A stretch of 64,000 bases of DNA, taken from Isurus oxyrinchus. Its lineage: Eukaryota. Under the pieces are notes generated by a model. That model ran no database searches. It worked only from the letters and a program-made list of their open reading frames with translations, and was not told where the DNA came from. The position numbers and the translations under genes are program-made. Positions 48,057 to 62,018 of the stretch are shown here, piece by piece. Position 1 is the first letter of the stretch. Each line of letters starts with the position of its first letter. The stretch is from the NCBI GenBank assembly GCA_026770705.1, contig JANJGN010000013.1, forward strand, positions 97,216,001 to 97,280,000. The letters run 5' to 3'.

Positions 48057-51000
48057 TGTTATAGAGTTTATCTTCCAGGCAACTTTTCTTGGTGGACACA
48101 TTTAACTTTTATTTACAAGACAGCAGCAGCAGCTATATGCGTTCATCAAACTCCATAACTAAAAAAGAACTCTCCTGTAGAGGTTCCCCGTACTGCTAAC
48201 ACACTGGTTCACACAGGACATGTGATCTTACAGCACATGATTATTCTTAAAGCTACAGTCCTACCTTTCCCAAAACTATAATTGCTACACTCTTCCCCTC
48301 TAAGTTTTCTGTACATTTTGTATTTACAAGGATATTTATCTCATGACATTACAATACTTACACAGGTCATGAAATTACAAGTTCAGTCTTTCAGGTGGTT
48401 TCCTGATCCTGGAACGTTGTAGCTCCATGTCTTCCGATTCTTTGTAGGAAATACATTCTCTGGAACTGCATTAACGTCAGGTACCTCATTAGGTACAGGC
48501 AGTTCAGTGTCTTCCACTCTGACAGAGACATCGGGCATGTCTGTCCTTGGTTGAGCAACTTCAACTGGAACCATTGGTTCAGTAATGGTTACAGGTAGAA
48601 ACTCATTTTGTTGGGGTATCTCTCTTTTTCTTAAATAATCCGCATGCTTACGGGTGATCCAGACATGACAATGGTCTGGTCATAGAACTTACTTTACCAG
48701 GTAACTACTTCAGTCCGCCACCAAAATTCTTTACATAGACTGCTTCACCAACAGTAAACTGTCGCTCACGACTATGCAAATCACGAGTCACTTTTTGGTT
48801 CTCTTGACTTTTCTCCACCTTCCCCTCCAAATTGGGAAGTATGAGGCTTAGTCTTGTCCAAAGACGGTGCCTTGGTAAAAAGATAGAAGCATTTTCGGAA
48901 CTCCTGGATGATAAGCAAATGGTGCAAACTGGTACTTGTACCACTGGATTGACTTGTGTTTGACTAGTGTTCATGTATGGTAATTCTGGTGGTGCAAGTG
49001 AACGAATGGCACAGTCATGGGTCACCTCTGATCCAGAGTTCTCGAATGATTACAAAATCAGGATGTTGAGCAATGCTGAATCCCACACTTTCTTTTAAAG
49101 TTGGTGCCTTATCAGTAATTCCACATCCTCTTTCTATGGGTCTTCTTCTTTCTACCACAGAATTAAGTCTCGGCCTTCTTTTTGACTTCACTGTCAGCCA
49201 GACGTCTCTCAGTCACAATCTCAACTTGTCTTAGTTCAGTAGTTGAGCTACCTATGACTTCATTGTCTACTTGCATCTTGGAAAGTTCTATGACTTTTGC
49301 TTTTAAAGCCTTTTTAGCTTCACTTAGCTAATTCTTCAGCTCTTCTGTCTCCTTCTTGTATCTCTTGGCTCCCTCCTGGAAACTTGAACATCGCTGCATC
49401 TTCTCTGCCAACTGGTTCTTCAGTTTGTTCAGAGAGGCATTCAATTCTTCTTGTTTCTCTTTATAATTTTTCAGACGCACAAACTTTGACCTGAGGGAAT
49501 CTTGTAGTGTGTGAAGATCTTTCAACAGGTTTCCTTTTCTTTACGAAGCTCACTCGCTTCATCTTGAACTCTGTCATTCAGCAGTCTCTTTGGGTTTCTT
49601 TTGCTGTTCTTTCATGCTGTTGTTGAAGACAGTCTTCATTTCTTCAGGTTGCTGGATCCTTACACACTCGTTTTTTACGCTGTTGTGGTCCTTGGACTCT
49701 CCAAGCTCTTTCAGAAGTACATTGCCTTGTTCCTTTGTCAAGACAGGAACTCTTCCAGATTCCTTTTGAATCTTACTGGCCAATCAAGGTTAATTTCCAT
49801 CAAATAATTTCTACATAGAAGGCTTGGTCCTCTACCTTCTAATACCATAACGGGCAGATGTGCTGTTTGGTCTCTTTGATGAACCATTACTCTGGTGAGA
49901 CCTTTTACTTGGAGTTCTTCGCCTGTACATTTTCAACTTGGCAGATGTTTGTCACAAAATTAATTGTTGATCAATTATTACAGTGGTAGAAGCACCTGTG
50001 CCTACTTCCATTTTTAATGGTTTACCATTCATTTGCACTGTAACAAATATTGGCTCTGTCTTCCCAACTCTCACCTTGAATAATGAATAAGTGTCAGCAT
50101 TGGTTGTTTCTGGCTCTTCTACACTATAGACTTCATTGGACTTGGTTTGTTGTTTGGAGGCTTGCTTAAATCTCGCTTTGCACTGTCCCATTATGTGTCT
50201 ATTTCTGCGACAAAAGTAATGTTCTACTTTTTAAAATTGCCAGTTGCTAGAAGACTGATTGTTTTCACATTGATGAAAATTATTTTTCGATTTAGTTGCT
50301 AGGCTGTTTCCTCTCATTTTCGGTTAGTGGGGGCTGTTGCCCATTTCATGGTGGAGTCCCGGCTTTTCACTCCACTTTTGGCTCACTGTTCCCACCCAAC
50401 AAGGAGAATGGCGCCATTTTGCGCCCCTTGAATTTCTTGGGAATCCCTTACAGTGGTTTCCATCACTGGTGCTATTTCTAATGATTTCTTAAAATCGAGA
50501 ATCACTTCAGCCAGTAATCTTCACTGAATAGTGTCTTTCTACACATCACATAATAAACGATCTCTGAGCATGTCATTCAGAGTTTCACTGAAATCACAAT
50601 ATTCCATTAATTGTTTTAATTTCACCACATAGGTAGCAATTGTCTCCCTTGGGGCTCTATTCTGTGACTCGAACCCGAACCTCTGCATTGTGACTGAGGG
50701 CTTGGGTTGAAAATGTCCCTTAACGAGGTTTACCAATTCACTGAAAGTCTTCAAATTTGGGTCACTGGGGACCTTCAAGCTTTGAATTAAACTGTAGGCC
50801 TTGCTCCCACAAATGCTCAGGAGAATCACTCTCCTTTTTTCCTCCCCCAAAATTTTGTTTGCTTGAAAGAAGAACTCAAGACGTTCTATATATTGAGACC
50901 AATCATCTGCGGCTGGCTCAAAGGGATTGATTCTGTCAAATTGTGGCATTTCAGATGAGTATCTTCTTTTATTTTTAACGAATGTAGATACTCACAGTTG

Positions 51001-51273
51001 CTGGGCAAGGTACAGCACCAAATCTAATTTGTCCTCATTTCCAGTTTATTATAGAGTTTATCTTCCAGGCAACTTTTCTTGCTGGACACATTTAACTTCT
51101 ATTTATGTGACAGCAGCAGCATGCGTGCATCAAGCTCCATAACTAAAGAAGAACTTTTCTGTAGATGTTCCCCACACGGTTAACACATTGGTTTGCACAG
51201 ATCATTTGATCGTACAACACAGGATTATTCTTAAAGCTACAGTCCTACAAATCCCAAAACTATAATTACTATA
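48057..51273 (-). mobile_element. Internally rearranged Gypsy LTR element in vwf intron 10
   Basis: LTRs at 48057-48289 and 51047-51273, PBS remnant next to 51046, PPT at 48290-48300. Contains gag (50539-50949), protease MEVGTGASTTVI (49952-50191) and an integrase C-terminal piece RQFTVGEAVYVKNF (48705-48870). No RT/RNase H. Confidence 0.85.
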
Positions 51274-51929
51274 CAATCTTTCTCTCTCTCGCTCTCTCTC
51301 TCCCCCTCCCTCACACTTGGACAAATACGCAATGGCTCACTTTGAAGTACAATCACTGATGTCAGGCAGGAAAATAATTTGTTCACAACAAAGCCCTATG
51401 CAGCAAATTAGATGAATGATCAGTGAATCTATTTTTGGTGGTGTGGGTTGAGGAAGAAAGGTTGTCTAAGTCACTGGAAGAACACATACTCATGGTGTCA
51501 TGGGATCTTTTACACCCAATGAAACAGATAAAATATTGATTTAATCTCTCATCTAAAAGGAGAGCCCTTCTGGCATTGCAGCATTGTACCCGAATGCATG
51601 TCTAATTTATGCTTCTAAATCTTGGACTTGACTGTGAAATCACAATCTTCTGATTCAGAAGAGCCAGGCTGATGCACAGATGAAAAATTTGGCCAGGTAG
51701 ATGAGATAAACCAAGAAGTCATGGTCAGGTAATGCCAATTTTGGACTATAGGAACCTACCAATTGTAGGAGGTGAATAAAAAGCTCCACCACTTTTAAAT
51801 CATGAGTAACAATGCACTTGAGATAAATTAAGTAAATAAAATATAAACATTAATTTCAAATGAAACACAATCTGTATTTTGTTGGTAAGCCAAACCAATG
51901 TTGTATAACATCTAATGTTTTTGCAATAG

Positions 51930-52066
51930 GGGAATGTTTTGTCATTGGACAATCACACTTTAAGAGTTTTGATGATAAGTATTTCACCTTCAGTGGGACA
52001 TGCCAGTACTTACTAGCTAAGGACTGTGAAGAAAATACATTTTCAGTCTTCATTGAGAAAGTGCAG
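51930..52066 (+). CDS. vwf: VWF exon 11 (start of VWD2)
   Basis: caatag|GG...CAG|gtaccg; [32 protein letters not shown]; 137 nt. Confidence 0.95.
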
Positions 52067-52154
52067 GTACCGAAGGCAGACATTTTACTCTATTTAATGT
52101 TAAACAATGCTCATGGTTAGCAACAATATTCAGTACTTTAACCTCTCTTTCCAG

Positions 52155-52293
52155 TGTGCAGATGACCCAGATGCAATTTGTGTAAGATCAGCTACACTGA
52201 AGTTCCAAGAGCTGGGCAACATGACTATAAAACTTAAACATGGCGGTAGAGTTTCAGTGAATGGCATGGATGTGCAGCCACCGCTAATTCAAG
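52155..52293 (+). CDS. vwf: VWF exon 12
   Basis: ttccag|TGT...CAAG|gtttac; CADDPDAICVRSATLK...IKLKHGGRVSVNGMDVQPP; 139 nt. Confidence 0.95.
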
Positions 52294-54269
52294 GTTTACA
52301 CTTAATTATTACCTATATTAATTATGAATTATAAGAGGTTACGTGTTCTGTATAATGAAGGATCCTTTTCAGTTACTATTCAAGTTTGTTAACTGGTTGA
52401 AAGAAAAGTGAAGTAGTTAAAACAAAGAACAAGCTTCTTCCTGCTTTACTCCCCTCTGCCTGTCTTGTTTTCTTTTGTTGTTTGAATCCTGAGAAATTCA
52501 GGATTCCAATATCTATATGGGGTGTTCCTACTCCAATTCCCTTCACAGACCCTGCTCCATTATAGCCATCCATTGGATTCCCTAATCACTTCCAGCCCCA
52601 CTCTCCTCCAGCCCCTCCCCACTCCTTTACAGGCTGTAGCTTTAGGAAAGGAGACGTGAGGGCCAATTAAACTCCTGGCGGGAGTTTTGTGCACAGGGAT
52701 GGAGGCTAACAGCTAATCCTCATATGCTCTGCAAGTGAGACCAGGGAGAGTTTTACTCCGTGGTCTGATCTGTATCAGCTGCAGTCAAGTACCTGCCCAA
52801 GCCTGGTGTGATGCGATAGCTGGCCACCAGGCAGGCATGGGGGTTTCAAGTGGCTAGCACCAGCGACTCAAAGGAACAGCCACTTGGTTAAGAGGTTGGG
52901 AAGGGGGCACCAGGAAGGCCTGTGGTTGAAGAGGAAAGCTGGGAGCAGGGAATGCCCATGGTCTCCTTGTGGGATTCAGAGGAACACTCCTATTTTTCCT
53001 AACGCACGAAAGAAACTAAAAAGAAAAATCAGCTTAATTTATGAATCATACCTACTATCTGGCAAAAAACAACAGTTGCTCTGCGTAGGCCTTGGGTTAA
53101 AATTGCAGTCACGTCCCACTGATGTCATCAAACCCCGATCTGTATATTGGCTGGGTTCCCACTCACCTGCTCAGAGAAACTGGTTGAGACTGCAACCTGC
53201 AAAAAGGGACTGGAATCAGAGCCGGTAAATTGGGCTGATTACTTCAGGTTCGTTCCTGATCCCTGGTTGGATGGGCAGAGTTAAAATTAGCCCCATTATG
53301 CGATTTCTGAGTTAGCAAGTTTACATGGGAAGGAATTACTGATATTTCAATATAGAGATGCCTTGAATGCTTTTCTTGTGGAGGTTGATACATATGAGAT
53401 TGCCGATGAATCTAATAAGTAACAGAAACAGTCAAGTCATTGAGAGACAAATGAATCCAAGCTGTAATTGGTTTATTAACTGCACTGGTGCTGGCTGCAA
53501 ATCCAAATGCCGAATAGTAGCAGTTATAAAGAACCTCTATTTGTACCTTCAACTGAAGTTCTGGGTTCTGCATCAGACCCAGGAGGCTCTTGCTGTGGCC
53601 ACTTGGCTTCAGTGATTCCTGAGATGGCACTGGCCAGCACCTACACAGAGAAGTTTCCAATATGAGTGCCAATTTCCTTCTATTGCGCTCTAGGCATGGT
53701 CACTGCTCACTGATTGGTATGAGAGTAGAACAATGTGCAGCTGTGAGATTTTGAAATGCTTCTGTCACTGTTGTCTGTAATTATTCCCCAGGTGAGATAA
53801 AGCCCCCATAGTAACAGTGGCACAATTCAAGAAAGGTACCATTGTTATGCGTGTAGCTTGAGTAAGCCTGCACATGGGAAACCATCGCAGTTGCTCCATA
53901 ACCAACTGCAGTGTAGACTAATATTTCCCCATGATCTCACTTGCATATAACTGGGTTTCAAACTCTTCCAGATTTCCCCAATCACTTTCCAGTTCTATCT
54001 GTAGAGAGGCAATTTACTGCTGAGTACAATGCCTCTATATTAACCTCATTTCAAAGCAAGGGCTCTAATCTGTACCTAGAGATCTATTTAAGTGAAGTCT
54101 CCTCAACCTATCACAGTTACCCATTGCCCACCCATGCTCAGTCTGTACCCTGTATGTGCACCAGTGCCTGCTTCAATTGCGGGGAATATGTTTATTCTCG
54201 GATGCTTTCAATTCAACTAGTATTCAATTCAATTTTCTTTGCCCTGTAACAACAGCAGATGGCATAATA

Positions 54270-55503
54270 TGGATGTATAAGTGCATTCAGTTTGGGTTTC
54301 ACCAGGCCACTCAGCTCTGACTTCATTACAGCTTTGATCCAAACATGAATAAACATGAACTCAAGATGTGAGATGAGAGTGACTGCTCTTGACATCAAGG
54401 TAGCTTTTGGCCGAGTGTGGCATCAAGGATCCCAGGCAAAACGGAGTCAAGGGAATCAGGGGGAGAACTCTCCACTGGTTGGATTCATACCTAATGTAAA
54501 GGTAGATGGTTGTGGTTGTTGGAAGGCAAGCATCTCAGTCCCAGGATATCACTGCAGGAGTTCCTCAGGGCAGTGACCTATGCCAAACCATCTTCAGCTG
54601 CTTCATCAGTGACCATCATAAAGTCAGGAGTAGGGAATTTTGCAGGTGATTGCACAATGTTCAGCACCCCTAGACACTGAAGCAGTCCATGTCCATATGC
54701 AGCAGGACCTGGTCAATATTCAGGTTTGGGCTCATAAGTGGCAAGTAACATTCACACAGTACAAGTGCCAGGTAATGACCATCTCCAACAAGAGAGATTC
54801 TTACCATTGCCCCTTGACATTTAATAGCCTTGCCATCATTGAATCCCCCAATATCAACATCCTAGGGATTACCACTGACTAGAAGCTGAACTGGACTAGC
54901 CATGTGAATACCATGGCTACAAGAGCAGGTTAGAGGCTAGGAATTCTGTGGAGAGTAACTCACCTCCTGACTCCTCAAAGCCTGTCCACCATTTACAAGG
55001 CACAAGTCAGGAGTGCAATGGAATACTCTCCACTTACCTGGATAAGTGCAGCTCCAACAACAATCAAGAATCTCGTCACCATCCAGGACAAAGCAGCCCG
55101 CTTGATTGGCACCACATCCACTACCTTCAACATTCACTCCCTCCACCATTGATGTACACTGGCAGAAGTGTGTACCATCTATAAGATGCATAACTCACCA
55201 AGGCTCTTTAGATAGCAACTTCCAAACCTGCAAACTCTATCACTTAGAAGGACAAGGGCAGCAGATGCATGGGAACATCATGACTTGCAAGTTCTCCTCC
55301 AAGCCACATACCATCCTGACTTGGAACTATATTGTTATTCCTTCCCTGTTGCTGGGTCAAAATCTTGGAAAACTGTCCCTAACAGCACATGGGTGTACCT
55401 ACACCACGTGGACTGCTGCAATTCAAGAAGGTGGCTCACCACCACCTTCTCAAAGGGATGGGCAATAAATAAATGCTCACGTCCCATGAATAAATAAATA
55501 AAT
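54270..55503 (+). mobile_element. HER1-type LINE 3' fragment in vwf intron 12
   Basis: VTALDIKVAFGRVWHQG, GVPQG and WAHKWQVTF, then the tail ending CCCATGAATAAATAAATA. Confidence 0.85.
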
Positions 55504-55619
55504 CAATAATTCACTCATTCATTTTAATACTGTATTCAATTAATACAGTATTATGCTCTTTCATACATTTGCTGTACATCAAAACATTGATGTATCAATA
55601 TGCTAAACATATGTATATA

Positions 55620-56125
55620 AAGTCACAGAACGATACAACAGAGAGGAAAACCATTCAGCACTGGCTCTTTGAAAGATCTATCCAATTAGTCCCCTCTCCT
55701 GCCCTTTCCTCATAACTCTGCAAATTTCACCCTTCAAGCTTTTATCTAATTTTCTTTGGTAAGTTATTATGAATTTACTTCCGCCACCCTTTCAGGCTGC
55801 ACACGCAGATCATAACAATTCATGTCATTTTCTTTTCTCATGTTGCCTCTGGTTAATTTTACCAATTACCTTAAAAATACTTCCTTTAGTTGCTGACCCT
55901 TTTACCACTGGAAAGAGTTTATCCTTATTTATCCCATTGAAGCCATTCATGATTTTGAACATCTCTATCAAATCTCCCTTCAATCTTCTCAGTTCGGGAT
56001 GAACCTCAACAAAAACCAAGTATTATCGGTGCCTTTTTATCAGCCTTCTCAACTTGTCTGGCCACTGTTACAGATGTCTGTATGCACATCCTGAAGGCTG
56101 TTTGTTGCTACACCCTTTTAAAATG
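55620..56125 (-). mobile_element. CR1 LINE 3' fragment
   Basis: RRLKGDLIEMFKIMNGFNGINKDKLFPVV on the minus strand. Confidence 0.75.
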
Positions 56126-56781
56126 TACACACAACATACATTATTAGTTCCACCTGCTCATTCAATTTTCACTGGGGTAAATTTTCTTCTTCAAAAGCAT
56201 GAGATGTAATCTGTTGGAATAGATCATGCACCCTTTGTAGAAGTTACCTGATTCTCATTCCAGTGATGTCAATGAAATGAAATTCCTCCGGGTTTTCTCA
56301 TGGGCGACTGGGTGATCGGCTCTGCTAAGTCTTTCTGAAGTAGTAGCAAAATTGTAGAGGTCGCGACTGTGCAGCTGTGAGCATATAATTTTGTTAATAA
56401 CAGTGCAAAGGTGTCAGCAAATCACACTCACAATTGTGACGGTGCTCACGAGTCATTCAATTTATAAATATTGCAATAGTTGGTAAACCGGCAATGAGAC
56501 TGACATTAGATGTGTGGAAGGGGAAGAATTCTGTTTTCCTGCCATAACCTCTCTCATAAAAAATGACACAAAACATGGAAATAAAACAGTTAACCCCATT
56601 TGAAAACGCTAACTCGAATATAGGAACAGAGGGCTAAATGGCTATGTGAAATTTCTATGGCTATAATTCTCACTTAGAGACAAAAGGAAGGATGGTTGTT
56701 TTTCCACAGCAATACTTTGTTTAGAATTACATTGTTGCTTATCTAATTACATTCATTCTGATTTTTATGAATTTCTTGTAG

Positions 56782-56882
56782 GTGTTCTTCGTATTCAGCA
56801 CACTGTTCTATTGTCGATTCGGGTGACCTATGATCAAGACTTTCAGTTTGACTGGGATGGATACGGAAAGGTTTATCTGAAG
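56782..56882 (+). CDS. vwf: VWF exon 13
   Basis: ttgtag|GT...AAG|gtacac; LRIQHTVLLSIRVTYDQDFQFDWDGYGKVYLK; 101 nt. Confidence 0.94.
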
Positions 56883-56961
56883 GTACACCCTGAAACCTGC
56901 AGATGTATATTAGATTTTGCATTGCTCTAGCACTGAATTAACTTTTGTCTTCTTTCTTTAG

Positions 56962-57157
56962 CTGGGAGTCATATACACAGGTACAACCTGTGGTTTGTGT
57001 GGAAATTTCAATGGAAATCAAGGTGACGACTTCCTCACGCCATCTGGACTTGTTGAAACTGAAACGGTCAATTTTGGGAACTCTTGGAAGGTGAATGGAG
57101 GCTGTGCTGACCTGAAGCAGATACATGCTGACCCATGCAATTTAAATCCCAAGAGAG
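56962..57157 (+). CDS. vwf: VWF exon 14 (second CGLC motif); gene continues beyond the window
   Basis: ctttag|CTG...AGAG|gtaatt; YTGTTCGLCGNFNGNQGDDFLTPSGLVE...DPCNLNPKR; 196 nt. Confidence 0.95.
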
Positions 57158-59822
57158 GTAATTGGGTTTCAATACATTTTGGAAGTCTTGAATGCACCTT
57201 ACTTAATTCAACATGGCTAGTTAAATATTCTCTGGGCTATTTTGGTTAAGTGCAGAATGAAAAATATGGATATGAAACCAATCTAAAAGATGAATTCAGA
57301 GATCCTGTGCCTTCAGTGGGGACTCATACTTGAAGGAGAAATTGGTAACCTCTGTTGTGCGCTCTCTTCAAATGTGGCTTCTTGCTCAGAGTACTGGCTC
57401 TACGCTTAGATTAGATATTTAATGTATTTAGCATGGGAAATCATGCAATCTATCCTGTATCACAATTTCTTATGTGGAAAACCTAAGAAGAACATTAGAA
57501 GCCTTCATTTTGGTTACCATACTAATAGCGTTACTTGAAGTATTACCAAACAATTATGGGGTTTCTAATACTTTTAACTCTTGGCATCTACTGGGATATG
57601 TAAGGTTCCTTCATTTCCAGTGGAGGTGTTTTCTAGCAAGGCAGAATTGTTAAAGTTGGGTTTTCCTTCAATTTCTTTTAGTTGAGATATCCAACATTAT
57701 AAATAAAACACTCCAAAATGTTACTGCAATAGACTACCTCTTCCCTCTAAGAATAAAAAAGTCAGAAAAATAACGTTAAAGGAAGAGCTCAGTCAAGCAG
57801 CAGTCCCCTTGATCTGCTGCCAGTTGGGAGCTTGGCCAGTGGTTAATTTATGAGGAGATATGTAAACAAAGCCACATGATTTCCTGAAACAAATGCTCTG
57901 TGAAAATAATGACTGTACTGTCACCATGACCAAGTGAAGGAAGAAGGAGTTAGAGATTCCAGATTTTAAACACCCCTAGCCTTCATTATTCAGATATAAG
58001 GTATCCAATCCACTTTATTCTCTTTAAGGAAATATTTTGCTTCACTTATCATTGTGAAGTTCATAATAATAGTAAGTGAAGTAGCAGTAATACTTTCATC
58101 CTGCTTGAGTAATGTAAGGCTTGACTCATTTGATTAGCGTGGCAAGTATGGTGCTACAGATAGTTGGATTGTCACATGCCTTGGTCATGTAAGCAAGGCA
58201 CCAACTTGGATTTTGTCTTTTATCTTAAATATTGTTGCTGTGCGGCATAATAGATCTTGCATTATAATCTCATGGACAGCATAAGTATATTTAAATGTAG
58301 ATAAATAAGTAGAGTTGATAGAATCAGATACTATTCTGGATTTAACTCCTTGCTTATTACGTCTTTTCTACCAGACAGACATTTGACTCAAAGAAGGGAA
58401 AATTAGAATCAGTAAACAGGAGCTCCAATTGGAGGGCCAAGAAATAAACTCTGAATATTACAGCTAGTGAAGCTGAGTATTTACTTCTTTCTCTTTCCTT
58501 GCTGGGCACAATCCCCAACTAAAAGGCAGACAGTTCACCTGCTTCTAGGTCTCCACTCAAGGAGCACAAGGGCATCCTCATCCTGAAGTAAGTTTGCTTC
58601 CAATTCCCTCCCCCAACAACCACCTTCCCCCCTCCTACTCTTCACACACACACACCCCGCACCATCCCCACTGGGTGCTTTGCCACTGCAATGTAGCTGA
58701 GTTTGGTAATTTAGCACATGGGATAATCATACACAAGACCAAACACTATCACCTAACTGCACTGTGCCATGTAACCCATGTATTACCATTTACCAAACTG
58801 TGACAGTGCACCATAGTGCTCAAGGATTACATAGAATATATATATATATCTTACAATTCTGGAGGACTATGCCATGAACTTGTAACTTGAGGTAGTTTTC
58901 TTTTTTGAATGCTTTAACTAAGCACTAGATTTACGTTAGCAAATAGTCTTCTATTGCATAAATTAAGAGGCCTAAGTTTGAAGTTATCACTTTTGAAGTT
59001 ATATTGAGGTAAATGGTTTCTCCATTTGTAATCACATCCCTTTAGCTTTGTTCCCCAAGTTCACTAGTTGTTCTCTATGTCAAATGAACACCACTTACTT
59101 TACTTTGTATATAAAAGACACAGGTCTCTACTTCTAGGGACACCTCTGTTACATTATCTTTAAACCCATCTGGTGCAGCAGTGTCATTTTGATTCAAAAG
59201 GAAACCAAGAGTTTCTTCATTTTCAAAAGATATTTGGAAGCAATTAGGAAGATTAGTCAGATCAGAATAAGCTGTGTATCCCGAGGTTGGTTAGTTCATC
59301 TCCTATTGTCATGGCTTATCCACCTGAATGCAGATCAGAAAGTTCTTCCTGTTACCTTATACCCTAATTAATATCATATCTACTGGCAAGCTACTTCATT
59401 CTCCTACAATATGCACTGATGATCTATTTCACCCAAACAATAGCCTTATAGATATGCAGATAGTAGAAGCTACATTATCCATATAAGGGTACATTCAGTA
59501 AATCTGTACTCCCAACAAGGAAGCCTTGATCAATTGGGTGGAAGTCAAAGAACAAGAGCTATAACAGCCCAGCCTTCAAACTGTGTCACAGTTGAGCAAG
59601 GCTCCCTATTGCAGATTGTTGAATTAGCCTTTGCCTATTCTTGCTCTTTCAATATGCAGTTGAATTAAAAAGAAAAGTTTCAAAAATGATCCTAAATGTC
59701 TAAAATAATATTTCTTCCATGTGAGATCCTGGTAAAACTTTTGTAATTCTCTGTAACCCTAACATTTGTAATTACAAACAGGTATTGTCATTCGCTCCAG
59801 ATCAACTATAGGAAGTAACATA

Positions 59823-60757
59823 TGTTATGATGTGGCAGGTGATATGTGTCAGGTGGACAAAATCCACAAGGGAAACTTGGCCATACTATCATGACCGTTT
59901 TGCAATTTGTACTTATTATGAGAAGATTTGTGCTCTGAATTCATAAGTAGTGAGCCCACTAACAACTTTAGTGGGTTTAAAATTAAATTAAAACATTTAT
60001 TAACAAAATAAAAGAATTCAAACACATCCATGAGATTAGAGTTACTTAATACTATAACAAATCCCCAAATTCTTAATTAACCTGACTCCCAACTATGCCC
60101 CCAAGGCAACAGTCCAAATTAGATTTTAAATTTACATTAGCAATCCAGCAACGTTACCACATGCACCCACTCGATAGTGGAATTCCAAAGGTTCTTTCAA
60201 CATAACTTTAGTTATTGGACATAGCAGACTTCTACAATAGCGGATAGAGGCTTTTCCCAAGGCTGCTTCACATGATGTCCTTTCATAACTTACCGTAGCC
60301 ATCCCACACATAACATTCCATCCTCCTTTATATATGTTTCTCTCCCTTTAATGTGTAAAATCCCATAGTTCGACATTTCTTTGGAAATTTACTTTTCCCA
60401 TAATATAAAAATCTTTCATGTTGCCAATATGGTCAGTACCTTTGAGAAAAATAAACATACTGCTTGGCCTTGCTTACCTTGTTAGTTGTAAACATCCTAC
60501 CATCCCTTTGAAAATGAAACAACCCATTCACTTATCTAAAAATGCAAATTTCATTCACACATTATCTGGGGAACCCTCATCCTCACTTGTCTATTTTAAT
60601 TTTAAAAGGTCTGCTTTACACCTAACTCGTTTGATAATTTCAAATTTGCAGTCTATTTGACTCTAATTCAATTAAACCAGTCACATAGACAGAACCATCC
60701 ACACTCATGCCAACAAGACTACGATAATACAATGAAAGATATTACAGTTTTGTGACT
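59823..60757 (-). mobile_element. Solo LTR, same family as 9839-10655 and 38982-39752
   Basis: Starts TGTTATGATG and shares AAGGGAAACTTG, TTTTGCAATTT, AAATTAAAACATTTATT, AAGGCAACAG and AAAATGCAAAT blocks. Confidence 0.7.
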
Positions 60758-61664
60758 AATTGTTAAGTCCCTTTCTTCTCTATAACTCCACATTCCAGAG
60801 TTGTCAACAAGAATGTCACTCTAAGGTAAAAAAGAAAAAATTGGAAACACACAAGTTAGTCAGCATCTCTAGAAAGAACAACCAGGGAGGGAAAACCCAG
60901 AAGCTTGATTCTTTGTCCCACAAACGCTCACTGATTGGATTTGAGCTCCCAGCATTTTCTGTTTTTTATTTCAGATTTACAGCATTTACAGCATATTTTA
61001 CTTGTTAAGCTATGGTAAATAGCTTAGTTTACCATGGATCTGGTGAAGTTAGAAATTATGTTTCATAATTATACATACTGAAATTGATCCATCAAACATA
61101 TAGTAATGCAGTGATTATGTTATTGGAACAGTAATCCAGAATTCTGGACAATTCAAAGCCAGGATGAAATTGTTTGGGCGCTACTGACACCATTTAGTGA
61201 CCAAGTAGCATCTGATGTGCATGCACACATTTCTGCCTCATATTGCACCAGGCACTGTCTTGCTAAGGAACAAGCAAGAGACATCCTTCACCCACATCGG
61301 AAGTAGACATTAGTTCATTTCATAGACAAATAAGGGAACCCAACACCTTTTTCTGGTCCCTGTTACAATGTTGGTTTGCACTGAGGGAGTGCTTAACACT
61401 ATATAAGTGAAAAAAACTAAGTACTTACTATATTATTGCTGCTCCAGGTCCCCAGATCTTGGATGCCATGCACAGCTGCAACATCGAAGCCCTTCGATCC
61501 CCCTCCAGCTCCAACCTGCTAGCCTTCCCCCCACCTCCAAAAGTACACCCTGACCCCCAACAGCACTCTCAATGTGTGCAATGTTCCCCAAAAGTATTCC
61601 CAAGATCTATGATCTTCCTACCCTATGTCCTACACCCAAACAGTACTCCTGAGGTTTGCAAATT

Positions 61665-62018
61665 TCTTTTATTCGTTCATGGGATGCAGGCGTCGCTGGC
61701 TAGGCCAGCATTTATTGCCCATCCCTAATTGCCTTTGTTCAGAGGGCATTTAAGTGTCAGCCTCATTGCTGCGGGTCTGGAGTCACATGTAGGCCACACC
61801 ACCAGATTTCCTTCCCTAAAGGACATTATTGAGCCAGATAGGTTTTTACAACAATCGGCAATAGTTTCATGGTCATCATCAGATTTTTAATTCCTGATTT
61901 TTATTGAATTCAAATTCCACCATCTGCCATGGTGGGATTTGAACCCTGGTTCCCAGAGCATTACCAGGGTCTCTGGAATATTAGTCTAATGACAATACCA
62001 CTGTACCACTGCCTCCCC
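61665..62018 (-). mobile_element. Near full-length HE1-type SINE
   Basis: Reverse complement of head GGGGGAGGCAGTGGTACAGTGGTATTGTC..GGGTTCAAATCCCACC, plus body and HER1-shared tail. Confidence 0.85.
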
